In this document: piece after piece, positions 1-9,165 of the stretch | Numbering within the stretch: the stretch's first letter is position 1 | Layout of the letters: each line of letters opens with the position of its first letter | Virus record (IMG/VR): IMGVR_UViG_3300021964_000012 | Coordinates: 264,293-328,292 of that record | Length of the DNA: 64,000 nucleotides | Reading direction: 5' to 3' (one strand) | The notes under the pieces: generated by a model | The model's database searches: none | What the model saw: the letters and a program-made list of their open reading frames with translations, nothing else | What the model was told of the DNA's origin: nothing | Made by a program: the position numbers and the translations under genes

Positions 1-237
1 AAGATATGTTGGTTCAACAACCAAAAATTCAACACTGCCTGCTGGCATCATTAGGCTGTTTGATGTAGCAGTTGGCGATGTGCCAATTTCAATATAGGTA
101 TCTTGATTGACTGCAATGCGTATAATGTTTGTTGTGGATTGTAATGCACCACTTTGTTGGCTGGCTCCACTGGATGTAAATCCTTGCGTGGTAGCTGGAT
201 AGTATGCGCCTTTTCTAAATGTAAGTGCTGATGCCAT
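1..237 (-). CDS. Hypothetical late protein, N-terminal part (runs off the left edge)
   Basis: Manual translation from ATG at 237: MASALTFRKGAYYPATTQGFTSSGASQQSG...; GAGGGG RBS and late box CATAAATA (253-260) upstream; open to the window edge. Confidence 0.75.
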   Translation of the reverse strand, partial: MASALTFRKGAYYPATTQGFTSSGASQQSGALQSTTNIIRIAVNQDTYIEIGTSPTATSNSLMMPAGSVEFLVVEPTYL

Positions 238-265
238 TTTTTCCCCTCAACGTATTTATGGTGAA

Positions 266-1135
266 TTATGGATTGATGTAGGTGTTATCTATAATGATAA
301 GATTGAACGTACTACTACAATCGTTTCCTGAACTACTTGTGAAAGCACGAACTTCTATGTCAGTTTTTTCTGTAAACTTCAACGGTACAATATAGTTTTT
401 GCTGTATTGACTTCCTGCACTGGTAACAATGTCTTTGCTGTTAAAAGCACCCCCAAATGGTCTACACACAAGTAAAGCAGTAGTATCAGCATTTTGTCCA
501 CCAGCGCCAATGGTCCATTGTGTAATATAGGCTGTATATCCTGCCGGTACTGTGTATATTGCCATGAAAGTCTGTCCAAGACTGGCTCCGCCACCTGTGC
601 CTACTTTTAGTATCTGAGCAAGGAGTGTGCCGCCACCTCCGCTTGCACTACGCACACTGATAGTACCTGCGGCTTGTCCACCACTGCCTACACTGGTAAC
701 AATTACACGGAACACTCTGATAAATGTTGTGTTGCTTGCACCATCATCAATGTCGATGGTTTCTGTGGCTAGTGCATAGTTTTCATCAAGTCCTTGTACT
801 TCAACTTGTCTGGCGCCTGTGCCTGCAGGTGTATCGTTGCCGTCACTGCTGGTTACATAAACACTACTTGAACTTGTAAGGTAGGTGTATACATTGCTCC
901 CATCCCAGATGGTTTCGATATTGCCACTTAGTGTGTCGTTTCGTCCAAACTTTTCAATGTAGCTAACACCGTCTACAGCACCATTGGATATGTTTATACC
1001 CCAACTGTAGAGGTCTCCTGATGTACGCACAATGGGTTGTCCCGAAGCATTGTAGTCCATTGCCTTGACCAGGTTCTCGGTGTTTGGTTCGTAGCTGTGA
1101 ACGTAGTTTGTGCTGTTTGGATTATAATTTGCCAT
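266..1135 (-). CDS. Putative virion structural protein (beta-rich, Gly/Thr/Ser-rich)
   Basis: 289-aa ORF within a tightly packed minus-strand late operon; composition typical of virion proteins. Confidence 0.6.
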   Translation of the reverse strand: MANYNPNSTNYVHSYEPNTENLVKAMDYNASGQPIVRTSGDLYSWGINISNGAVDGVSYIEKFGRNDTLSGNIETIWDGSNVYTYLTSSSSVYVTSSDGNDTPAGTGARQVEVQGLDENYALATETIDIDDGASNTTFIRVFRVIVTSVGSGGQAAGTISVRSASGGGGTLLAQILKVGTGGGASLGQTFMAIYTVPAGYTAYITQWTIGAGGQNADTTALLVCRPFGGAFNSKDIVTSAGSQYSKNYIVPLKFTEKTDIEVRAFTSSSGNDCSSTFNLIIIDNTYINP

Positions 1136-1141
1136 TATCTA

Positions 1142-2032
1142 TCAAAGTCCGTAGGCCGATTTGGTGCTGTTAAAGTTATTTGCAACTTCTTGTGCAGTTA
1201 GTGCATCACTATATACTCTAATTTCGCCCATGTTGCCATTATAGTAAGTACCGTCGCCCATGTTAGTTATTGTACCAGCACCGAATAATAGATACTGTGT
1301 TGTTTCACCATCATCGTGTGGAGAATCATATGTTACATTTGCACTTGCAACCTCTGCGCCATTGATATAACCTTTTAGTGTAGTACCATTATAGGTAATA
1401 ACCATGTGATACCATGTGTTATAATTCAATGCTGATCCGGTATCTTTTGTGATGCCTGTGCCATTCCAAAGTCCAAAGTTGGGCACAGGATTTACCGCAC
1501 CAACAAATTCTAAAGCACTGAAATGATAAGACACACCTGGTGTAGCGGTACTTGAGACTTGCATTACTACTCCAGCAGCAGTAGGATATACCCATACACC
1601 TGCACTGAACGTGTCTGGATTTCCTATATCACTGTATAAGTTTGCTGATCGTATGTAATCGTTGACTCCATCAAGTGTAAATATTCCATTATCTACATCG
1701 ACGGTTGCTCCTACAAGAGTACCATTATTTCCTTCGCCACTTTGATCAACTATAGCACCACCGCTAAGTTCTCTGTTAGGTTTATAATAAGTAACTAGTC
1801 CGCTCTCAGTATACTGTGGCGTCAACCATGGTCGTCCAAGCTCACTCTGATTTTGTTTTATTCTATCTGCTTGATTATTATTATCTACTGCATAGACTGC
1901 TGGTAGTAATTCTAAATTATATTGATCTGATCTAGTAGGTTGTGTTGCGGCTCTGTTTATCACTGCAAGATCCAATTTGGCAATCTGTCTATCTCTTTTC
2001 CACTCCAGTGTAGATATACCATTAGCTGCCAT
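1142..2032 (-). CDS. LamG / concanavalin-A-like lectin-domain virion protein
   Basis: Motifs FTLDGVNDYI, WYHMVITYNGTTLKGYING, GEIRVYSDALTAQEV typical of LamG_3 domains. Confidence 0.8.
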   Translation of the reverse strand: MAANGISTLEWKRDRQIAKLDLAVINRAATQPTRSDQYNLELLPAVYAVDNNNQADRIKQNQSELGRPWLTPQYTESGLVTYYKPNRELSGGAIVDQSGEGNNGTLVGATVDVDNGIFTLDGVNDYIRSANLYSDIGNPDTFSAGVWVYPTAAGVVMQVSSTATPGVSYHFSALEFVGAVNPVPNFGLWNGTGITKDTGSALNYNTWYHMVITYNGTTLKGYINGAEVASANVTYDSPHDDGETTQYLLFGAGTITNMGDGTYYNGNMGEIRVYSDALTAQEVANNFNSTKSAYGL

Positions 2033-2403
2033 TACCTAGGATAACCTTTAAATGCAACCACTGGACTTTTTGTATTCACTGCTGGAAGTTCACTGCTGCC
2101 TTTTTGTGCAGTTCTTTTTTTAGCTGTCAATCCAATTGATTTGAAAGCGTTCTGTGCTAGTTTTTCTTCTTCGTCTGTGTAGGTTCCTACATACCCATCA
2201 CCAGCCAACCATGAAGCGTTGTCCATTTCATGTTCAGCATTTCCGTCTTTGTCCATTGAAGCCATTGCAAGACTGGCACGATACAGATCGTAGTATCCGT
2301 TGTTTTTTAAACTTCCTGGGGAGGCTTTTTCAACATGATGAGGTATTTTTCCTTGTTTTAGGCTAGTTCCTCTGCGTTCAGTGATAAATTCGTAGCTACG
2401 CAT
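2032..2403 (-). CDS. Hypothetical protein, candidate internal head protein
   Basis: 123 aa; N-terminus MRSYEFITE resembles the T4 capsid-targeting sequence MKTYQEFIAE. Confidence 0.55.
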   Translation of the reverse strand: MRSYEFITERRGTSLKQGKIPHHVEKASPGSLKNNGYYDLYRASLAMASMDKDGNAEHEMDNASWLAGDGYVGTYTDEEEKLAQNAFKSIGLTAKKRTAQKGSSELPAVNTKSPVVAFKGYPR

Positions 2404-2410
2404 AATTTCA

Positions 2411-3631
2411 TTACCATTTGCGACAGGACCAATAACGTGCTTTCGTCTTTGGTCCTGGATTATCGCAGTTGTGCCTAGCTCTAAAACTCTTACGTGCTTT
2501 AGGATTGTTTTTTCTTATACGCATTGATTTGCCCTTGACGCTGGTTCCGCCGTGACCAAAGTTCACTTTTTTCACATTACCTGTTTTTGGATCTTTCACA
2601 TATACTTTAAACTTTTTGACATCACCTTGCATAGGCTTATTAAGTTCAACTTTACGTCCTTGATATTCTGCTTCTGCTATATCTGCTTCAACTACACGCT
2701 TCAAACTTCTAATAGTGTCGTTAACCATTGCACTGATATCGCTTGATCCTATCTCGTCATCGTCATCGCCATGGAATTCAGCAGTATCTCTAATTGCTTG
2801 TGTAATTTGCTCGATACCATACTGTCTAACCATGTCTGAGAACTCAGGATGATTCATAATCCTGCGTGTAATCATTGCTTCTACATCTTCAACATCTTCG
2901 ATGAGTTTTTCAGTTTGTTCAACTGCTTCTGTAAGTTTGCGTGTGTAATATTCAGCACTTGATGGTATGCCCATACGTTTGTAAAGATCTGCTTGCTCTT
3001 CGAACATTTTTATATCGCTTGCAAGTTTTTGTATTTGTTTACAATTACAATGTGGACACTTCGCACCACAAGTACAGTCCATTACCTTAACACCACAACA
3101 AGCATCAGGACAGTATATTTTACCATCTTTAATACGTTCTAGTAGTGTGCCTTCATTTGTAATAGCACGATACTGGCTTTTACTGCTTTCCTTTACTCTA
3201 GCTTCTGCAATTCTAAAACCATCATGTGTAATGCCAGTTTTATTTGTTAGATAGTCTGCAATAAATTCTTCTGTATCTTCATCGTCTAGTCCAACTGGAA
3301 CAGGAACTGTCATAGTTGTACTTAAATCACTTACATCATCTTCAGCGTCCCATTTGATATTAGTTACTTTAACTATGCCTTCGTCTAGTTCTTCTGAAGG
3401 TGGATCAATAACTCCATCTGTGTCGTCACCCACATAGTTACAGTCTTCTAGTATACCATACGCATATTCATCTAAATGTAGTGTAATACTATCATCACTG
3501 TGTTCAACTACAGGAAAGTCTATAGCAATTTCGTCATCAAAATCTTCTCTAACAACAACTTCAAGCACATCACCTGTAATAGGAAATGCAACTGCTCTTT
3601 CACTTTCTGGTATGTACTTTTTTAAACTCAT
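2411..3631 (-). CDS. Modular acidic protein with basic C-terminal domain (KVNFG...RKSFRARHNCD...RYWSCRKW), candidate internal head protein
   Basis: 406-aa ORF with many (L/I/V)xE sites, a Cys cluster and a C-terminal domain of a type common in T4-like phages. Confidence 0.6.
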   Translation of the reverse strand: MSLKKYIPESERAVAFPITGDVLEVVVREDFDDEIAIDFPVVEHSDDSITLHLDEYAYGILEDCNYVGDDTDGVIDPPSEELDEGIVKVTNIKWDAEDDVSDLSTTMTVPVPVGLDDEDTEEFIADYLTNKTGITHDGFRIAEARVKESSKSQYRAITNEGTLLERIKDGKIYCPDACCGVKVMDCTCGAKCPHCNCKQIQKLASDIKMFEEQADLYKRMGIPSSAEYYTRKLTEAVEQTEKLIEDVEDVEAMITRRIMNHPEFSDMVRQYGIEQITQAIRDTAEFHGDDDDEIGSSDISAMVNDTIRSLKRVVEADIAEAEYQGRKVELNKPMQGDVKKFKVYVKDPKTGNVKKVNFGHGGTSVKGKSMRIRKNNPKARKSFRARHNCDNPGPKTKARYWSCRKW

Positions 3632-5049
3632 TACTTTGCCTTGTATTCTTGATATAGTTTCATTAGATGATCTTCGCTGACTTCATTAAGCTCTGACTCA
3701 CCAAGCACTGACATTGGGTTGTCTCCACCAGCAACTTTTGGATATGCCATTTTCTTTGGTCCGTTAAGTCCACCAGCAATGTCCTGTGTCATATACTCAG
3801 TATCCATTGTGTTTTCATCATCTGCACCATTGGCAAATTCTTGATCTTCTGCTACGTCAACTTGCACTTCACCGTATCCTGGTTGTGCCATGCCCATTCC
3901 TGCTAATTTAAGCAATTGAGCTAGTTTGGCTGCTTCTTCGCCGCTTGCATTAATATTAATACTTGGCTCTGCGTTTGTTCCAGCATTTACGCTTATGCTC
4001 ATGTCTTCATTCAATTGTGTTGCACGTTTTACAATCTCGTTGCTTTCGTATACACTTGCGTTTTGATATAAAGGCTTACCTGCGCCTTCTGAAGTTGCAA
4101 CTGAACCAGATGAAGTGGTTTCTTCTACTTTTTCTTCTGATTCTTTTTTGAGATCTGGATATCCAGTTCCGCCGCACTCAGAACATTCTTTACCGTCTTC
4201 GTCCTTGCCGTCTTCGCATTGATCACATACTTTACTTCCAGTGCCTTCATCCATTTTACTGCACTTTGAAGCCATAAGTTTAATTTTATCCTGATCGCAG
4301 TCACTGTACTTTTCACAAATTTCAGCTTCTGTCATGCCTTTGTCAACACACGCTTTCATTTCTTTCATAGATGGCATACCATCATGTTCTGCTTCTTCGA
4401 TGGCTTCGTTTTTCTTGTCACCTTTAACAGGATAGGTTTTGCCATCAACTTCAAAACTGTCTTTGCCAGCTTTTATTGCTTTGTCTCTTTCACCTGAAAA
4501 TTCATTGCCTTCTTCTACGTCTGCTTCATCAAGTGGATTTTCTGCCATTATCTTTGCGGCTACGTCTTGTGGTGTGCCTAAGGCTTCTTCAATCTCTTGT
4601 ACAGGAAGACCAGCTAGTTCTGCTAAACGTGCCATTACACCTTGTCTGGCTGCATCTTTCAGTGTACCCGAGTTTTCGTGCATTCCATCTTTGTCATGCT
4701 TCTCATCATACTCGATATCTTTGGTAACGTCTTTACCATCTTTACCAGCATGCTTCATACCATCGTACTTTGCATCATGTGCAACTTCACGTCCGGCTTT
4801 TTCGGCACGATCATCTCTTTCAACATCAGACTCTTTTTCAAACATCTTGTTGTCTTTTTTCTTCTCTGGTAAACCATCAGGACTTTGTTTGTCGCTAAAT
4901 GGAGTATAGTCTGCTTGTTTGTTAAGTTTTGTTTTCTTCATAAGGTCCTCTAGACCTTTTTTCATCATAGCCTGATTGTCTTCTTTATATATCTCAGGTG
5001 CATTTGCTACCTTGTTTAGTTTGGCTAGTGTGTCGTAAATATTGTCCAT
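3631..5049 (-). CDS. Modular acidic protein, candidate prohead core/internal protein
   Basis: Start moved to ATG at 5049 (AAGGA RBS), 472 aa; repeated xxE sites; CxxC...CxxCxGxG motif. Confidence 0.6.
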   Translation of the reverse strand: MDNIYDTLAKLNKVANAPEIYKEDNQAMMKKGLEDLMKKTKLNKQADYTPFSDKQSPDGLPEKKKDNKMFEKESDVERDDRAEKAGREVAHDAKYDGMKHAGKDGKDVTKDIEYDEKHDKDGMHENSGTLKDAARQGVMARLAELAGLPVQEIEEALGTPQDVAAKIMAENPLDEADVEEGNEFSGERDKAIKAGKDSFEVDGKTYPVKGDKKNEAIEEAEHDGMPSMKEMKACVDKGMTEAEICEKYSDCDQDKIKLMASKCSKMDEGTGSKVCDQCEDGKDEDGKECSECGGTGYPDLKKESEEKVEETTSSGSVATSEGAGKPLYQNASVYESNEIVKRATQLNEDMSISVNAGTNAEPSININASGEEAAKLAQLLKLAGMGMAQPGYGEVQVDVAEDQEFANGADDENTMDTEYMTQDIAGGLNGPKKMAYPKVAGGDNPMSVLGESELNEVSEDHLMKLYQEYKAK

Positions 5050-5062
5050 TATAGGTTCCTTT

Positions 5063-5716
5063 TTATTTTTTGTTTTTACCCGGAGGGCCGTCTTTGCGAT
5101 TCTCCGGAGCCGAACTACCATTGGAGGCTTTTACGACCGGAATCTTGTTAGTACCCATAATAGGACTATCTACACTATTAGGAGTATCTGTGTTGAATTT
5201 TGCTGGAGGAGTTGTACCACCTGCTATTGTAAAATCACTTGAGTATTCGTTGCCAACTACTTCTCTTTTATACGGATCAGCGGCATAGTATTCACTTGCT
5301 TTTTTGCTCTCTGAACTTTCTGGTTGTTCACCTTCTTCAGTACCAAGCACTGGATCAGGTTGCTCTTCATAACCTTTACGCTCTTCTTCTACACTATCAG
5401 CATACGCTTGTGATTGTATGATGATATGATTTGGATTCATTCCGAGAAGTTCAGCCATCTGTGTTATCTGTGGCGGTGTTGCTGGATAGTTAAAAGTCAC
5501 ATCCATAAATGTAATACTATCATTTTCAGCTTCTGGAAAGTCTGGTAAGGTTTTTTGTATTGGAGTACTCTTTGGTTCTGTCATACTTACAACATCAAAC
5601 TGTTGGAGTTTTTCTTCCAAAGCATTAATTAGTTCTGCATCAACATCACCAAGTATTTTGATTCTATAATCAAATGTTTGACGTGTTTCTACAAGGTATT
5701 GTGCAAATGATTTCAT
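5063..5716 (-). CDS. Hypothetical protein, candidate internal head protein
   Basis: 217 aa; N-terminus MKSFAQYLVE is CTS-like; AAGGA RBS and late box CTAAATA upstream. Confidence 0.6.
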   Translation of the reverse strand: MKSFAQYLVETRQTFDYRIKILGDVDAELINALEEKLQQFDVVSMTEPKSTPIQKTLPDFPEAENDSITFMDVTFNYPATPPQITQMAELLGMNPNHIIIQSQAYADSVEEERKGYEEQPDPVLGTEEGEQPESSESKKASEYYAADPYKREVVGNEYSSDFTIAGGTTPPAKFNTDTPNSVDSPIMGTNKIPVVKASNGSSAPENRKDGPPGKNKK

Positions 5717-5754
5717 CTTATTTTCCTTCTATGCAGTATTTAGCAGAATAGAGC

Positions 5755-6249
5755 TTATTTCTCTTCTTTGTCTTTGTTTAACAACCTATCTAGTAGTGCA
5801 TTCCTATCTAATACAACACCAGTTCCTGTGGCAATCTCTTCATTGTTAGATATTGCTTTTTGGTCCAGGTTTGCTTTTTTAAGTTGTAAATCCACCATTT
5901 TTAGTTTTTTGTTTAATTTAGCAGTTTTAGCAGTTATAGCGTGTCCGAGCATGGTACTTGCTACTCCAAAAATATCACTTGCCCATCTGCTGTCGACGTT
6001 CATTCCAAGATCCATGAGATCATCAAAACCTTTGGTTGCTTTGTCTGCAAGTTCGTCCATTTCTGTATCGCTTGCTTCCAATCCACGCACTTGAGGAAGT
6101 GCCGCTTGCACTTTATCAAGCTCACTGAGTGTATTTTGCATGATTGGGTTATTTTCTGGAGTTGGTTCAGGCACGTTGTCTGGCACTACTTCTTCAGTAA
6201 GCCCTTCATCAGTCGGCAAATCAAATAGTTCTTCTAGTTTCTTGGTCAT
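5755..6249 (-). CDS. gp16: Probable terminase small subunit
   Basis: 164 aa, helical; segment SRWASDIFGVASTMLGHAITAK...KLKMVDLQLKK resembles small terminases of T4-like phages. Confidence 0.5.
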   Translation of the reverse strand: MTKKLEELFDLPTDEGLTEEVVPDNVPEPTPENNPIMQNTLSELDKVQAALPQVRGLEASDTEMDELADKATKGFDDLMDLGMNVDSRWASDIFGVASTMLGHAITAKTAKLNKKLKMVDLQLKKANLDQKAISNNEEIATGTGVVLDRNALLDRLLNKDKEEK

Positions 6250-6385
6250 GTGCTTCCTTCAAACATTCTGGACATACGCAATCATGTAACTCTGTGCTAA
6301 TTGGTACCAACGGTTCGATCATACACCAACAGGTGTAGTTTGGATCGCAAGTAAATCTAGTGTTACACAGTTCGCAAGTCTTCAT
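6221..6385 (-). CDS. Cysteine-rich CWC family small protein (not in the ORF track)
   Basis: Manual translation MKTCELCNTRFTCDPNYTCWCMIEPLVPISTELHDCVCPECLKEAHDQETRRTI (54 aa); CxxC...C...CWC...CxCxxC pattern; fills the gap between gp4 and the next gene. Confidence 0.75.
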   Translation of the reverse strand: MKTCELCNTRFTCDPNYTCWCMIEPLVPISTELHDCVCPECLKEAHDQETRRTI

Positions 6386-6390
6386 TTTAC

Positions 6391-6831
6391 TTATTTTCGT
6401 TTTCCACCTTGACGGAAAATGTCATCCTCTGTAATCACTCTAAATATCAAACCGTTACGCTGACACCATTTCTGTGCGGCTGCCCACTTTGCATAATTTA
6501 TGGCCACAATTGCACGATCTCGATTGCTTGCTTTACTTTCTAGCACGCTTTGTTTTTTTGGTTTTATTTCGATTAGTTCAGTAACAACCTTATTATGTTT
6601 GTTTCTGTATTGTATTAAAAAGTCAGGAATATATCTTGTTTTTTTTCCAGTCAATGGATTTATATAAGGAATTACTAGACTTTCACTAGACCATGATATA
6701 ATATGATCGTTACTATCACAAAAACGCATAAACGCAAGTTCCCATCCACTTCTATACTTGGGCACACCTTTTCCTGCATATTTTTGAGGATTTAGAACTA
6801 CGTAAGGTCCTTGTTGGAACTTGTTAGCCAT
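6391..6831 (-). CDS. gp4: Head completion protein (TnsA-like PD-(D/E)xK fold)
   Basis: NPQKYAG, YRSGWE, WSSE, IPY, YIPDF, IEIKP, NYAKWAAA, FRVITEDD motifs. Confidence 0.9.
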   Translation of the reverse strand: MANKFQQGPYVVLNPQKYAGKGVPKYRSGWELAFMRFCDSNDHIISWSSESLVIPYINPLTGKKTRYIPDFLIQYRNKHNKVVTELIEIKPKKQSVLESKASNRDRAIVAINYAKWAAAQKWCQRNGLIFRVITEDDIFRQGGKRK

Positions 6832-6838
6832 AGTTCAC

Positions 6839-7198
6839 CTATATTAAGATATTGCGTGCAGTATACTGATTTGGAGTAGAAATTGAAGTTATACCAAGTA
6901 AAGTAGTGTTACTGCGTTGGTTATTTAGATAATAGGCAAGAGTAGCAGTAATTTGTATAGTATTTTGGTTACGGAGCTGATTTAGGATATTTTCAACTGA
7001 CTCACCATTATCTTCACTGATTTGAAATACACTGAGTGTAAAATTTTCTGCTTGATCTTTACTTGCAAAAATACTTGCAAAAAAACTATACACAGTATCA
7101 TATTGATTTTGATCAATTACAAGTTCACGCTGGTAAAAATCATCAAATGCTCTAACAGTTGGATCAGTTCCTGGATTTGGATAGTTGATTGTTGCCAT
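6839..7198 (-). CDS. Hypothetical protein
   Basis: Start moved to ATG at 7198 (GAGG RBS); 119 aa; in the tail operon. Confidence 0.7.
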   Translation of the reverse strand: MATINYPNPGTDPTVRAFDDFYQRELVIDQNQYDTVYSFFASIFASKDQAENFTLSVFQISEDNGESVENILNQLRNQNTIQITATLAYYLNNQRSNTTLLGITSISTPNQYTARNILI

Positions 7199-7199
7199 A

Positions 7200-8438
7200 C
7201 TAGCCTCTTTGATTTGGATTTTTACCAACTTGATTAGGAACTGTTATTGGTCCGTTTAAGTTGGTAGGATTCTGATTTGTCCCAGTATTAGCAGGTTTAA
7301 GTGTTGCGGCTTGTTCATTAACGGGTGTGAACCTAGCCTGTTTTGGAAAGAACCCACTGCCTCTAGCTGCACCTGGTAAATCTTCTTTTATAACATTTCT
7401 AGCGATATTTGTCGATTCAGTTTTGAACATTTCATTGAGATCTCTGCCTTTGAAGGTTTGATAAGCAGTGCCACCTTTTTGAATTGCTCCAACAACACCT
7501 GCAAGATTTCCGGCACTTAAATCTGTAATAATTCCTGCACCTGCATCAATTAGTCCACTTTGTCCAAATATTGTAGCAGTAGCACCAGGACGAGCCAATG
7601 GTGATTTTGTTGTATCATAGTTTGCATTATTGCCAAAACTTGGAATAGCATCATCTGGTGAACTACCATTGATTGCGCCATGATAGTATTTGACTGTTTC
7701 ATATTCAAAAGTGAACGTATTTTGCATGATGCCGCCACCCTCGGTGTAGTTGTAGGTATCATGTTCAAATGCACTGATAATAGGATTTACAAGCACATAG
7801 GCTGCAAACTGATGATCGTTAAATCCAAATATTGTTATATCTCGAAAGAATGCTGGCTTACCACCTCTAGTATCAGTAGGACCATCCATATAACTTTCGC
7901 CAATATAGCCCCAATCGTTTATTTCTCTATCCTGAGTATAAATGTCTCTGAATCCATATGGGTATGCGGCTCCTGGATCTACACCACTGGCATTTTGTCC
8001 TAAACTGCCATTTGTCACTGCCGCATCAAGGTATTTTTGACTTGCATCCTTGTAATAGTATGCGTAATAATTGTACCATAGCTCTCTTGCAAGATCGCTG
8101 GTATCGTCATGCATGACACATGTAATTGGGTCGTACTCTATTTGTGTTTGGACTTTACGTTTTCTATTGTACTGATTCATAGTGTCAACAGAAAATTTAT
8201 AAGCAGGAAGTTTTACTTCTTTTACCAGTAAACTGAGATTTGCAACATCTTGTGCTTGAAACACTGCCTGTAGTTGCGGAATTAAAAATGAATTTATGTT
8301 GAAGACTACATGAAATAAAAACTTTCGACGTGGAGAAAGCGCCGAGTTATTACTGCGAAATGTTTTACTCGCATGTGTATAATCTCTTAAAAAGTCGTTT
8401 CCAAAAAATCCTTTGAGTACATCGTCACCAAAAGCCAT
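7200..8438 (-). CDS. Tail-tube-fold protein (gp19/gp54-like)
   Basis: PRRKFLFHVVF, VKEVKLP, NQYNRK, YDPIT, LVNPIISAFEHD...TFEYE pattern of tube-like folds; directly after the tube gene. Confidence 0.6.
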   Translation of the reverse strand: MAFGDDVLKGFFGNDFLRDYTHASKTFRSNNSALSPRRKFLFHVVFNINSFLIPQLQAVFQAQDVANLSLLVKEVKLPAYKFSVDTMNQYNRKRKVQTQIEYDPITCVMHDDTSDLARELWYNYYAYYYKDASQKYLDAAVTNGSLGQNASGVDPGAAYPYGFRDIYTQDREINDWGYIGESYMDGPTDTRGGKPAFFRDITIFGFNDHQFAAYVLVNPIISAFEHDTYNYTEGGGIMQNTFTFEYETVKYYHGAINGSSPDDAIPSFGNNANYDTTKSPLARPGATATIFGQSGLIDAGAGIITDLSAGNLAGVVGAIQKGGTAYQTFKGRDLNEMFKTESTNIARNVIKEDLPGAARGSGFFPKQARFTPVNEQAATLKPANTGTNQNPTNLNGPITVPNQVGKNPNQRG

Positions 8439-8458
8439 AAGTTACTCCTCTAACTTAA

Positions 8459-9076
8459 TTAGCCAGTTACAACGTCACCCAGTGTTCTTCCTACTGTAGA
8501 TCCAATTCCTGTTCCAAGTGGTGTCTGTACTGCGTTGTCATAACGTAATGAGCATTCAATTGTTACAGGATCGTTTGATGCATAGTCTAAGTCACCATAG
8601 TTAGCACTTACTAAAAAGCAACCATATAGTTCCCATGTTTCAAGTACGTTAGGTGTGCTTGTTCCGTTACCACCATCTAGTACTTCACAACGTGTAACAA
8701 ACTTATAGTCAATACCTGAACTTGCACTTGCTTGTTCTAGTGTATCCATTTGCTTTTGAATTTGCTCACCAACTAATCTACTAACATTTCCACCAGCATC
8801 ATCTCTGAATGTTGCTGATACAGCGTCCCATGTTTGACGTCCAGCAAGATAAATTCTACTGTTGTAAATTGGTACTTCAATTTCTTCAAAGTTTATAGTA
8901 GGTCTAGTAAAAGTCATTACCTGTTTGGTAAGTTCTGTTCTAGGTGTAGACACTCCCATGTTTTCAAATACCACCCGGTAGCGATATTTTAGTTTTGGCA
9001 TTAACAGTCCTTGAGTTGGACTGGATTGGTCTGACGCCAATGGTACTGTCATTCTTGTTAGCGATGATACGGCCAT
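8459..9076 (-). CDS. gp19: Tail tube protein
   Basis: PKLKYRYRV, IYLAGRQTW, WELYGCF...YGDLDY...IECSLRYD; follows the sheath gene. Confidence 0.85.
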   Translation of the reverse strand: MAVSSLTRMTVPLASDQSSPTQGLLMPKLKYRYRVVFENMGVSTPRTELTKQVMTFTRPTINFEEIEVPIYNSRIYLAGRQTWDAVSATFRDDAGGNVSRLVGEQIQKQMDTLEQASASSGIDYKFVTRCEVLDGGNGTSTPNVLETWELYGCFLVSANYGDLDYASNDPVTIECSLRYDNAVQTPLGTGIGSTVGRTLGDVVTG

Positions 9077-9122
9077 TTTATAATTCTCCTTATTATAATT
9101 TTATTTATCTATTTTTGACCAC

Positions 9123-9149
9123 AAAAAAATGGAGCCGAAGCTCCATTTT
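9123..9149 (-). terminator. Rho-independent terminator after the tail sheath gene
   Basis: 10-bp stem AAAATGGAGC/GCTCCATTTT with cUUCGg loop on the minus strand, followed by a U-tract. Confidence 0.85.
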
Positions 9150-9165
9150 GTATTTTTTCTTGTTC

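Noticed and set aside
5050-5121. Upstream extension of the 496-aa ORF (similar extensions at 7228, 12556, 14482, 46413, 56347, 59000)
   Set aside because: These overlap neighbouring genes or promoters; downstream ATGs with an SD, stop-start coupling or promoter spacing fit better
6391-6831. TnsA-like transposase indicating a Tn7 element
   Set aside because: Motifs and context match T4 gp4 head completion protein; no TnsB/TnsC or terminal repeats
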